Program-made: the position numbers and the translations under genes
The notes under the pieces: generated by a model
Database searches by the model: none
What the model was told of the DNA's origin: nothing
Seen by the model: only the letters and a program-made list of their open reading frames with translations
Part shown: positions 6,056-14,649 of the stretch, in pieces
How positions within the stretch are numbered: the first letter of the stretch is position 1
How the letters are laid out: each line of letters begins with the position of its first letter
NCBI GenBank assembly: GCA_964609285.1
Contig: CAZSQY010000002.1
Span: 1 to 40,482, forward strand
Reading direction: 5' to 3'
Source of the DNA: an uncultured Pseudomonadales bacterium
GTDB taxonomy: Bacteria; Patescibacteriota; Microgenomatia; UBA1400; PJMF01
DNA: 40,482 bases

Positions 6056-8140
6056 TCATCCCTCCAGTAAGTATGCATAAAAAACCCGATCCATACCAAC
6101 ACCAGTGGTGGTACTAATCTCTAGAGGATTACTCCACTCACCCGTGGCACAATCATGACCTGCCCTTAAGGATAGATAGTAGGTGGTCGAAGGAGCTAGG
6201 TGATCAATAGTAACACTCATTACTCCAGTAGAAAAAAGGCTGTCCCATTCTAAACCATGCTGGTACTCATTCTGACTAGTCGAGTAAGCAAGGAAGTACT
6301 TATTAAGCGGCCTGCCAGCTGGAACAAAATAAATAGTAGCACTGGTACTCGTAGTTCTAATCTCAAACAGATTGGGGACACTCGTAGGTGGTATTGCATT
6401 ACATCTAGGAGCCGAGGGTTCATCTGGAATAAAACTAGTCTTAGCAGTGGTGCTGATCGTTGAATCACCGGAGCTGTCTTCGTTTGTGTCCCTCAAGTAT
6501 TTGCTGATAAAAATATCAAATCCCCCAATTGAACTGGCAATGTCAGTCTCGCTGCTGGGATCAAAATCAACTGTATCTGAAAAAACACCAGTTATATAAA
6601 CATTACGGCTGTCGTCAACTGCTACACTGTTGCCAATATCGCTGCCCGTTCCCCCTACTGTCTGTGTCCAGCCATAGCTGCCATCAGTTTGATATTGGCT
6701 AATAAAAATATCGTTGCTGCCATTCGAGCTGTGACTGTCAGTGCCGCTAGTGGGGTCAAAATCTACCTCACCTGGAAAATATCCCGTAACATAAATATTA
6801 CTGCTGTCGTCAATTGCTACGCTGTTGCCATAATCATCACCAGCCCCTCCCACTGTTTGCGTCCAGCCATAGCTGCCATCAGTTTGATATTGGCTAACAA
6901 AGATATCGAATCCACCATTTGAAGTGCGGCTGTCAATGCCGTCGGTGGGATCGAAATCAACTGTACCTCTAAAATCTCCAGCTATATAAACATTGCCGTT
7001 GTTATCAGCCACTATGCTATAACCCTCATCAAAATCTGTGCCTCCCACTGTTTGCGTCCAGCCATAGCTGCCATCAGTTTGATATTGGCTAATAAAAATA
7101 TCACCGCTGCCATTCGAGCTGTGACTGTCAGTGCCGCTAGTGGGGTCAAAATCAACCGTACCTCTAAAAAGGCCTGTAACATAAATATTGCCGCTGTCAT
7201 CAATTGCTACGCTGTTGCCATAATCATCACCAGCCCCTCCCACTGTTTGCGTCCAGCCATAGCTGCCATCAGTTTGATATTGGCTAACAAAGATATCGAA
7301 TCCACCATTTGAAGTGCGGCTGTCAATGCCGTCGGTGGGATCGAAATCAACTGTACCTCTAAAATCTCCAGCTATATAAACATTGCCGTTGTTATCAGCC
7401 ACTATGCTATAACCCTCATCAAAATCTGTGCCTCCCACTGTTTGCGTCCAGCCATAGCTGCCATCAGTTTGATATTGGCTAATAAAAATATCACCGCTGC
7501 CATTCGAGCTGTGACTGTCAGTGCCGCTAGTGGGGTCAAAATCAACCGTACCTCTAAAAAGGCCTGTAACATAAATATTGCCGCTGTCGTCAACCGCAAG
7601 ACTATAACCATAATCGTTTTCTGTTCCTCCCACTGTTTGAGTCCAGCCATAGCTGCCATCAGTTTGATATTGGCTAACAAAGATATCGAATCCGCCATTT
7701 GAAGTGCGGCTGTCAATGCCGTCGGTGGGATCGAAATCAACCGTACCTCTAAAAACCCCGACGACATAGACATTGTCGTTCTTATCAACTGCAACAGTAT
7801 AAGCCTGTTCAAAATCGCCCCCTCCTACCGTCTGAGTCCAGCCATAACTGCCATCAGCACGATATTGGCTAATATACATATCGTAGAAACCATTCGAGCT
7901 GTGACTGTCAGTGCCGTCGGTGGGGTCAAAATCAACTGTGTCATTAAAATATCCAGTTATATATACATTGCCGTCACTATCAGTTGTAACACCGCTTCCA
8001 CCTTCATTAGCTGTTCCTCCAACTGTCTGTGTCCAGTCATAGTTGAGATCGGCAGCATAAACTAAAGTGTCTAAAAGTAGACAGTTAGATAACAAGATTA
8101 GGATAATGCTCAAAATTAAATGAAGGGCAGATTTAATCAT
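6056..8140 (-). CDS. Secreted SBBP-type beta-propeller repeat protein (8 blades) with a C-terminal FN3-like domain
   Basis: Signal peptide MIKSALHLILSIILILLSNCLLLDTLVYAA. Eight units of about 65 aa follow, of the form GWTQTVGG..D.G.S.A.D..GN.Y.TG.F.GTVDFDPT.G.DS..SNG..DIF.SQYQTDGSY. Then a Ser/Thr linker and a roughly 110-aa beta-rich domain. Confidence 0.7.
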   Translation of the reverse strand: MIKSALHLILSIILILLSNCLLLDTLVYAADLNYDWTQTVGGTANEGGSGVTTDSDGNVYITGYFNDTVDFDPTDGTDSHSSNGFYDMYISQYRADGSYGWTQTVGGGDFEQAYTVAVDKNDNVYVVGVFRGTVDFDPTDGIDSRTSNGGFDIFVSQYQTDGSYGWTQTVGGTENDYGYSLAVDDSGNIYVTGLFRGTVDFDPTSGTDSHSSNGSGDIFISQYQTDGSYGWTQTVGGTDFDEGYSIVADNNGNVYIAGDFRGTVDFDPTDGIDSRTSNGGFDIFVSQYQTDGSYGWTQTVGGAGDDYGNSVAIDDSGNIYVTGLFRGTVDFDPTSGTDSHSSNGSGDIFISQYQTDGSYGWTQTVGGTDFDEGYSIVADNNGNVYIAGDFRGTVDFDPTDGIDSRTSNGGFDIFVSQYQTDGSYGWTQTVGGAGDDYGNSVAIDDSSNIYVTGYFPGEVDFDPTSGTDSHSSNGSNDIFISQYQTDGSYGWTQTVGGTGSDIGNSVAVDDSRNVYITGVFSDTVDFDPSSETDIASSIGGFDIFISKYLRDTNEDSSGDSTISTTAKTSFIPDEPSAPRCNAIPPTSVPNLFEIRTTSTSATIYFVPAGRPLNKYFLAYSTSQNEYQHGLEWDSLFSTGVMSVTIDHLAPSTTYYLSLRAGHDCATGEWSNPLEISTTTGVGMDRVFYAYLLEG
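6810..7588. repeat. Tandem direct repeat, 390-bp period, two base-identical copies
   Basis: 6810-7198 is identical to 7200-7588 on line-by-line comparison. Diverged copies with a 195-bp period flank it within the same CDS. Confidence 0.9.
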
Positions 8141-8285
8141 AAACAGTAAAAGCCGGTGAACTAATTTTTAATTATATAAAAAAAATTAACTGTAAATACT
8201 ATTAAAATATATATTATAAAAATATTATATAACCGGGAAATAACTTTGGGGCTCTAAAAACAGTGAGCTGATCTGGCTCGTAATT

Positions 8286-8999
8286 CTAAAAAAACTTTTC
8301 GTGGTGAATGTTGTCAGCCGCTACTCCGCGTTTGGCTAACACTCCTTTCATATCGTCAATCATCGCCTTGCCGCCGCATAAATAATAAGCAGCATTTGGC
8401 AGCAAGTCGTGCACATTTAAACAGTTTGTGACACGGCCGCGGCACAAAGGCCAGCCTTTTTCTGCTCGAGAAAGGGTGGGATGAAAATGGAAATTGGGAT
8501 ATTGTTTTGACCAGCGGCTAAAATCATCCTGCCACACCAGATGTTTAGCGTAACGCAATCCCCAATAAAGCGTAATGGGCCGCTGATCTTGTTTATTTTT
8601 AAGTTGATCAATAGCCATGCTGCGCAAAGGGGCTATGCCTGAACCAGTTCCGACAAGAACTATTGCCTCAGTCTGATCATCTTCATCATCGATCACAAAG
8701 CGCCCCATTGGGGCCAAAAACTTAATTTCGTCTCCAAATCGTAAATTTTGCAAATAAGTCACGCCTTTGCCTTGAGGTGTTACATCTAACAAAATTTCAA
8801 TGCCGTGATCAATATCCGGGTCACTACAAATGGAATAGGCGCGACGGGTGCCGTCATCATCAACCAAAACCGACACAAACTGACCAGCTTTAAAATCCAA
8901 TGTATGTGGTTTTTTCAGCTCAAAATGAAGATGGGTGAACTTCTCATTGTAGACTTGTTTATCTTCAAAAATAGCGGTGTATTCTTGTGGTCTCTGCAT
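8286..8999 (-). CDS. Ferredoxin-NADP reductase-like flavoprotein (FAD/NAD(P)-binding two-domain module only)
   Basis: RRAYSICS (RxYS FAD motif), GTGSGIAPLRS (NAD(P) motif) and a C-terminal aromatic HEKFF. Confidence 0.7.
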   Translation of the reverse strand: MQRPQEYTAIFEDKQVYNEKFTHLHFELKKPHTLDFKAGQFVSVLVDDDGTRRAYSICSDPDIDHGIEILLDVTPQGKGVTYLQNLRFGDEIKFLAPMGRFVIDDEDDQTEAIVLVGTGSGIAPLRSMAIDQLKNKQDQRPITLYWGLRYAKHLVWQDDFSRWSKQYPNFHFHPTLSRAEKGWPLCRGRVTNCLNVHDLLPNAAYYLCGGKAMIDDMKGVLAKRGVAADNIHHEKFF

Positions 9000-9032
9000 A
9001 ATAAAATTAAATAATTGTTATACTACTGACAC

Positions 9033-9596
9033 TTACTTAGAAGGCAAATCTTGCTGCCAATCACGCCCATACCACTGACCCAAAGCCATTTTAATTATAG
9101 CGGTATATTCTTCAGTTCTATCCACAAAGCCTTTTGTCACTACGCCAATCATGCCCTCCTGCTTTTTAACCGGCCGACCATTAAAAAAACTTGCCATAAC
9201 AGGACCCATTTCTTCCCCCTGCTTGACTCTATCTGCTATTAACTTAGGTACAGGGAAACGGGCTCCGTTTGCTACAAACAGTTCATTGTCTTTATCAATC
9301 ACTACAGCCCAAATTGTAGTCCACATCTCTCCCTTTTTATCAATTAAAACACCCCCCTCTAAACCGACGCCTAAAACCTCTGATACATCAGACTTTTGAT
9401 CGGCCAAGCCTTTACGTAACACTGCTCTGGCGCGGTTAATTGCCCCTGTTTTAGTTTCTTCATCAGTCATTGGCTGATCACTGACTTGGCTGTCAACTTC
9501 ATACGCAATTACACTCACCTCAGGCCAGGTTTCTGAAGCAGCCACTGTAGTGGCATTAAGCTTGACTGGATTAATAGAACCAACAAAAATTTTCAT
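9033..9596 (-). CDS. yjjX: Non-canonical purine NTP phosphatase, YjjX/DUF84 family
   Basis: MKIFVGSINPVKLNA at the N-terminus, then GEEMGPVM...QEGMIGVVTKG, resembling E. coli YjjX. It overlaps sufS by 4 nt. Confidence 0.65.
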   Translation of the reverse strand: MKIFVGSINPVKLNATTVAASETWPEVSVIAYEVDSQVSDQPMTDEETKTGAINRARAVLRKGLADQKSDVSEVLGVGLEGGVLIDKKGEMWTTIWAVVIDKDNELFVANGARFPVPKLIADRVKQGEEMGPVMASFFNGRPVKKQEGMIGVVTKGFVDRTEEYTAIIKMALGQWYGRDWQQDLPSK

Positions 9597-10840
9597 AAAA
9601 GCTTGTTACCTGCTAACTCCAAAGCTTGAATGAATTGATCAACATCGTCTTTAGAATTATAAATATAAAAACTAGCTCTAATAGTGGCTGGCCAATTAAA
9701 ATGAGTGTGCAATGGCTCTGCACAATGATAGCCGGAGCGCACTGCCACGTTCTCTTGGCTTAAAACTAAAGCAACATCGTGTGCTTCTCCAAAACGCGGC
9801 ACAAATGCCACTGACCCAACGCGTACAAACTTATCTGTGTTGGGCACAGACTCAACCGGACCAATTAACTCAACCAAATGATCTAATTTAACCAAACGCA
9901 GCAGAGCATATCTCACCAAATGTTGGTCATGCTCCAGCACCTCATTCATACCCAGCTTACTTAAATAATCACAAGCCTCAGCCAATCCCACCGCTCCAGC
10001 TACATCAGGCGTACCAGCTTGAAAACGCTGCTGAGGGTCAGGATGATACTTGGTTTCCACCTGTAAAACATGTTCGATCATGCCGCCGCCAAAAAACCAA
10101 GGCCGCATTTGCTGAGTTTTCAACAATTTGCTTTTTACCAACAAGCCGCCCATTCCCATCGGACCCAGCATCTTGTGCCCACTAAAAGCATAAAAATCAA
10201 CATCTAACTCATTAAAGTTGACCGGTAAATGCGGTACTGCCTGAGCTCCATCAATCAAAATCTTAGCCTGGGTGTGCTGCCTCACCAATTCAGATACTCG
10301 ATCTAAATCAACATAAGCGCCTGTCACATTGGAAACTTGCGTTAAGGCTACTAGTTTGGGTTTGAACTTTTTTAATTTTTCTACAAAATCTTGCCAGTCA
10401 AGTTGGCCGGTCGGAGTAACGTCAACTAAAACTAATTTGGCGCCAGTGCGCTCCATTGTCTCTTGCCACACCACTAAATTAGAGTGGTGCTCTAATAAAG
10501 AAGCTAAAATTACATCATCTTTTTTCAAATGCTGATCAGCCCAGCCGTAAGCCACACCATTAATGGCTTCAGTCGTATTGCGAGTTAAAATTAGCTCCTC
10601 CGGCTGCGCTCCAAAAAACTGCGCAATTGTCTGTCGGCTTTGTTTTAAAATTTCTGTGCTGTTTTCAGCCAGATCATACACACCTCGTCCCACATTCGCA
10701 TTACCGGTTTGATAATAATCGGCAATGGCGTTAATTACTGCTTGGGGTTTGTGCGAGGTGGCAGCGTTATCTAAATAAACAAGATCTGGATTTTCTTTTA
10801 ATAAAGGAAGGTCTAATTTGAGTTGAGCAGCATCAAGCAT
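9593..10840 (-). CDS. sufS: Cysteine desulfurase, SufS-type (class V aminotransferase)
   Basis: FSGHKMLGPMGMGGL (PLP Lys) and RSGYHCAEP (catalytic Cys loop). Confidence 0.85.
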   Translation of the reverse strand: MLDAAQLKLDLPLLKENPDLVYLDNAATSHKPQAVINAIADYYQTGNANVGRGVYDLAENSTEILKQSRQTIAQFFGAQPEELILTRNTTEAINGVAYGWADQHLKKDDVILASLLEHHSNLVVWQETMERTGAKLVLVDVTPTGQLDWQDFVEKLKKFKPKLVALTQVSNVTGAYVDLDRVSELVRQHTQAKILIDGAQAVPHLPVNFNELDVDFYAFSGHKMLGPMGMGGLLVKSKLLKTQQMRPWFFGGGMIEHVLQVETKYHPDPQQRFQAGTPDVAGAVGLAEACDYLSKLGMNEVLEHDQHLVRYALLRLVKLDHLVELIGPVESVPNTDKFVRVGSVAFVPRFGEAHDVALVLSQENVAVRSGYHCAEPLHTHFNWPATIRASFYIYNSKDDVDQFIQALELAGNKLL

Positions 10841-10884
10841 AATTTGTTATTTGATTATATAAAACGGCTAATTTTTTAAGAATT

Positions 10885-11865
10885 TTAAATTTTTAAAAAC
10901 CCGGCGGCAATTAAGTTAACCGCCTCATCCTCACTTAGACCCCGCATTCGTAAATAAGTCAGTTGTTCTTGAGAAACTCGGCCAATCGAAGCTTCATGTG
11001 TAATCTGGGCTTGGCTATTATTCACCACTACTTCCGGAACCAAACTAACCTGAGCACTATCTGCTAAATTCAAGCTTTGACAATCTAAATGACCAGTGCT
11101 GGCTCCATGCGCCACCATCCGTGACTCAGCTCGCACCTGAGCCTGTTCACGACTAATAAAACGTAAGGTACTGGTAGCCTGAGCATTCTCACCTTTTAAA
11201 ATAATTTCGTCTTTAGAAAAAAATTTAGTTTGCTCGCACTCAGCAATAATATTTAATCTAACTTTAGCTTTATCAGCTAACATAAACTTATTGTACAATT
11301 CCATTTTTTTAGAGGTACGCTTAGTACTATAGGTATAAGCAATCTGACTGCCTTTTTCTAAAATAAACTCATAATGCGGCATGACGACATCCTCCTTACC
11401 CCAGCGGTGCCGGTGGTCATACTTTACCTGTGCACCGGGCTTTAGGATAATTGTCCCCTCCGCCTGATGTAAAGCTTTTAATTTTAAAGATAGAGCACTA
11501 CATAGACCACTTAATTCAACCTTTAAATCCGGCTCAACCACAGCCAGATTCTGCATTTGTTGCTTTACACCTGCCTGCTTAATGTTAACGCATGTGGTTA
11601 GAGCGCAAGGCGGCTGTTTTTTTATCCAAATAAAATAACCTTGCTTTGGTTCGGTTTTAAAATAAGAGCGAGTCCAGTCAAATTTCTGCCAAGCCTTGGG
11701 ACTGGGCAAAATCTCAACTCCATCCATTTGAGCAGCAGTCTTAAGTTGATGATCCACAATCCACAAATTAGCGTCGCTGTGCGGCTGCGATGAGTTTTGA
11801 GCTTGATTGTTCTTCTGATCTTTACGCTGGTTGCTGGCGGTGTTGACAGTGTCGGCACTGCTCAT
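10885..11865 (-). CDS. SufB/SufD-family Fe-S scaffold protein (single paralogue)
   Basis: C-terminal EASIGRVSQEQLTYLRMRGLSEDEAVNLIAAGF. The N-terminal ~45 aa are low complexity and overlap sufC by 44 nt, so the true start may be an internal Met. Confidence 0.75.
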   Translation of the reverse strand: MSSADTVNTASNQRKDQKNNQAQNSSQPHSDANLWIVDHQLKTAAQMDGVEILPSPKAWQKFDWTRSYFKTEPKQGYFIWIKKQPPCALTTCVNIKQAGVKQQMQNLAVVEPDLKVELSGLCSALSLKLKALHQAEGTIILKPGAQVKYDHRHRWGKEDVVMPHYEFILEKGSQIAYTYSTKRTSKKMELYNKFMLADKAKVRLNIIAECEQTKFFSKDEIILKGENAQATSTLRFISREQAQVRAESRMVAHGASTGHLDCQSLNLADSAQVSLVPEVVVNNSQAQITHEASIGRVSQEQLTYLRMRGLSEDEAVNLIAAGFLKI

Positions 11866-12547
11866 AACCTTGCTCCTTAATAGTTTGTTTAACTTTTAGA
11901 TAATCTTGAGAACTGCAAATAATACGTTTGTCTAACATAACGTGAGTCCAGTCGGGCCGTAAGCCATTGATAATTTCGCCTGTGTGAGTAATTAGCAGTA
12001 CGGCTGTATCTTGATTAATTAAATGTTTTTTAATTAAATCTGCCATTTTTTCTAAATTTTTTAAATCCAAGCCAGAATCAAGTTCATCAAAAATAACTAA
12101 CTTAGGCTGCATAGCCATAATTTGCAAAATTTCACTGATTTTCTTCTCGCCGCCAGAAAATTTATAATTAACGTCACGATTAATTAGGCGCTGCTGCATG
12201 TTGTTGAGAGCCTTGTCTTCAAGCGATGGGGCTTGGGTTTGAATTAAATTCAGCAGTTTTTTTAAAGATACGCCGCGGATAGCCGGAGGATCCTGAAAAG
12301 TCATAGCTAAACCCAGCTTGACTCTTTCTTCAGGTTTCAGTTTGGTTAAATCTTGTTCTTCAAACTCTAATCGTCCTTGAGTAAGAGTATAGGCGGGATG
12401 ACCCATGATGAGGTGTGCCAAAGAAGTTTTGCCAGAACCATTCGGCCCCAGCAAAACATGCACTTCGCCGGATTGAACAGTTAAATTAACCTTTTGCAAG
12501 ATAGGCTGTTCTTCTACTTGAGCTGAGAGCTGTTGAATCTTAAGCAT
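11822..12547 (-). CDS. sufC: Fe-S assembly ATPase SufC
   Basis: LLGPNGSGKTSLAHLIMGHPAY, FSGGEKK and VIFDELDSGLD. Confidence 0.9.
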   Translation of the reverse strand: MLKIQQLSAQVEEQPILQKVNLTVQSGEVHVLLGPNGSGKTSLAHLIMGHPAYTLTQGRLEFEEQDLTKLKPEERVKLGLAMTFQDPPAIRGVSLKKLLNLIQTQAPSLEDKALNNMQQRLINRDVNYKFSGGEKKISEILQIMAMQPKLVIFDELDSGLDLKNLEKMADLIKKHLINQDTAVLLITHTGEIINGLRPDWTHVMLDKRIICSSQDYLKVKQTIKEQGYEQCRHCQHRQQPA

Positions 12548-12583
12548 AAAAATATTAAATTGACTGGCAGGTGATAAAACGGC

Positions 12584-13081
12584 CTACTGACTAAGAGAGC
12601 GACGAATGGTTTCGATTTCAAAATCTCTGTCTTTGGGTCCAAAATCATAATTATCTAGTTGATTGAGCTGAATCCACTGATATTGAGTATGCTCGGAAGA
12701 AAGTTTAACACTTTCTAAAGGCGCCTCGACTACATCGCGCACCCGCCAGCCGCAATTAACAGAATAAAGCTGGTTTTCAGAATTAAAGTAGGTGGCAAAA
12801 TAAACCAAATTCGCAACTGTGAAAACCTGAGGATCGACTGCCAGACCTGTCTCTTCGTGAATTTCACGAACAATATCAGTTTGGTGTAAGTTTTTTACAT
12901 TATCTGTGATTTGAGCCGGCCACTCACTGTTGCCCCCGGGTAGATCCCATTTTTCCGGACGAGATTTAGCATCAGCAGCTCGCTTGAGAATTAAAGCCTG
13001 GTTGTTAAACACTATAGCCGCCTTGTGCAGCAGCTTAACATTTTGTGTAAGTTGATGAGGAATGCGGGTTATTTGTGCCAT
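12584..13081 (-). CDS. NUDIX hydrolase
   Basis: Nudix box PGGNSE...REIHEETGL, with an insertion between the G and the REx2EE part. Confidence 0.65.
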   Translation of the reverse strand: MAQITRIPHQLTQNVKLLHKAAIVFNNQALILKRAADAKSRPEKWDLPGGNSEWPAQITDNVKNLHQTDIVREIHEETGLAVDPQVFTVANLVYFATYFNSENQLYSVNCGWRVRDVVEAPLESVKLSSEHTQYQWIQLNQLDNYDFGPKDRDFEIETIRRSLSQ

Positions 13082-13134
13082 GCCCTAATTTTAACACATC
13101 TGGAAACAAAGGCCGTAAGCGGCACAACTGCTAG

Positions 13135-13719
13135 TTAAATTAGAGCCATTTGTACCCCATCGTTTTTTTGGGGAGTGTAAGAAAAGTCAACCTCACATTC
13201 GATCAAACGATTCCATTTGTTACGAAACTTAACCTTGCCATGCTTTAAACCAAAATCATAAACATCTCTAGTAACGCGCACATCTTGAATACAATATTTT
13301 TCCAGCTTTTCAAATTGCTGCTGCTGATAATACTTAATAGCATCTAAACCATTACCGATTTTACCTTTGCCCAGAGATTCCTTGGCCACACTGTCCAACT
13401 TAATACGATGACCACAGCTTTGCTTAATTCTATCCATTAGATCCAAAGTGGGTAATGCCTCAATATCTCCAGTATAATAAGAGGAGAGGGTAGGCATGTC
13501 AAAACCATCAATGTTATAGCCTACAATCACATCCGCTTTTTCTAATAAAGGGAAAAGTTGAGGTAAATCTTTTTCAAAATAAGATTGCATTTCTCCTTTA
13601 TCTCCCGAGCGGTCTCGAACATTCACCCCCACAAAGGAGACGCCTAAGCGGTCGGGAAAGTAACCTCCGACATCATTAAAAGTTTTTTTTGTTTCAACAT
13701 CGAGAATCACTTGTAACAT
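13135..13719 (-). CDS. Stand-alone DEDD-type 3'-5' exonuclease (RNase H-like fold, PolB-exo/YprB-like)
   Basis: ILDVETK (ExoI), GYNIDGFDMPTL (ExoII) and YCIQDVRVTRDVY (ExoIII). Confidence 0.6.
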   Translation of the reverse strand: MLQVILDVETKKTFNDVGGYFPDRLGVSFVGVNVRDRSGDKGEMQSYFEKDLPQLFPLLEKADVIVGYNIDGFDMPTLSSYYTGDIEALPTLDLMDRIKQSCGHRIKLDSVAKESLGKGKIGNGLDAIKYYQQQQFEKLEKYCIQDVRVTRDVYDFGLKHGKVKFRNKWNRLIECEVDFSYTPQKNDGVQMALI

Positions 13720-13813
13720 AATGACAAATTTAATGAACTCAGTTTAATAATTTCAACTTGACAGGATTTTGAAAATAAGCAAATCTACCTGAACGTGTAA
13801 GACTTTATTCTTT

Positions 13814-13833
13814 TTAGCAAATTTGAGTGCTAA
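13814..13833 (-). promoter_or_regulatory. CIRCE half-site / short palindrome TTAGCA-N8-TGCTAA
   Basis: The minus strand reads TTAGCACTCaaatttGCTAA. It has a perfect 9-nt CIRCE left arm but no properly spaced right arm. Confidence 0.35.
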
Positions 13834-13857
13834 ATTCCAGAGCAAACTAAATATTAT

Positions 13858-13894
13858 CAAAAAAGAGATTCAGACTCGCTCACGCGAGCCTGAA
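13858..13894 (-). terminator. Terminator of sod
   Basis: Stem ttcagactcgc/gcgagcctgaa (one mismatch) with loop tcac, followed on the minus strand by TCTCTTTTTT. Confidence 0.6.
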
Positions 13895-13923
13895 TCGCCA
13901 GTATTAATCAACCAACCATGTTG

Positions 13924-14532
13924 TCAAGACAAAGACTGCAAATACAACTCTCTGACTTTAGGCCAGTTAATTACCTGCCAAAAATTTTTCACATAATCTG
14001 CCCGTCGGTTTTGATAATGAAGATAGTAAGCATGCTCCCAGACATCAATTCCCAACAATGGCGTGTGATTATTTAATAATGGCGAGTCTTGATTAGATGT
14101 AGCAACCACTTGTAACTCATTCTTTTGATCTAATACCAGCCAAGCCCAACCTGATCCAAACTGTCCAACAGCCGTCCTAGTAAACTTATCCTTAAAACTC
14201 TCATAGCCCCACTTATCTTCTAAAGCCTGATGCAGCTTTCCTTCCGGAATGCCGCCACCGCTAGGACTCATAACTTGCCAAAACAACGAGTGGTTGGCGT
14301 GTCCACCGCCATTATTGACCACATCCTGACGAATATTCTGCGGAACTTGGTTAATATCGGCTAAAACTTCTTGAATAGACATCTGCTGCAATTCTTGATG
14401 ATCCTCTAAAGCAGCGTTGAGTTTATCCACATAGCCTTGATGATGCTTGGTATGATGAATTCGCATTGTTTTTTCATCTATATATGGTGCCAAAGCATCG
14501 TAGTTATATGGTAGGTCGGGTAAATTAAACAT
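13924..14532 (-). CDS. sod: Fe/Mn superoxide dismutase
   Basis: LPYNYDALAPYI, HHTKHH and DVWEHAYYL. Confidence 0.9.
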   Translation of the reverse strand: MFNLPDLPYNYDALAPYIDEKTMRIHHTKHHQGYVDKLNAALEDHQELQQMSIQEVLADINQVPQNIRQDVVNNGGGHANHSLFWQVMSPSGGGIPEGKLHQALEDKWGYESFKDKFTRTAVGQFGSGWAWLVLDQKNELQVVATSNQDSPLLNNHTPLLGIDVWEHAYYLHYQNRRADYVKNFWQVINWPKVRELYLQSLS

Positions 14533-14649
14533 GTTAATCCTCTATAACTAATAACAATTATTAGCTTAAGCAACAAAGCATAAAGATTCAGTGAGAAAAA
14601 TTACAAACTAATTAGCTGTTTGTAAAAAAATCAAAATACCAATAATGTT

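Noticed and set aside
6480-8050. Regularly spaced repeats that could be mistaken for a CRISPR array or satellite.
   Set aside because: The period is 195/390 bp and the repeats are fully in frame within one long ORF encoding propeller blades. There is no short repeat/unique spacer organisation and no cas genes.
6250-8065. Many 60-136-aa ORFs on both strands inside the SBBP gene (for example 7052-7312 and 7442-7702 on the plus strand, 7402-7812 and 7012-7203 on the minus strand).
   Set aside because: They are alternative-frame or antisense shadows of the 694-aa CDS and repeat only because the DNA repeats. They have no start context or recognisable motifs.
11822-11865. The 44-nt sufC/sufBD overlap as a programmed frameshift or fusion.
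   Set aside because: This is more simply explained by an over-extended start call for sufB/D. The overlapping N-terminus is low complexity and an internal Met is available.
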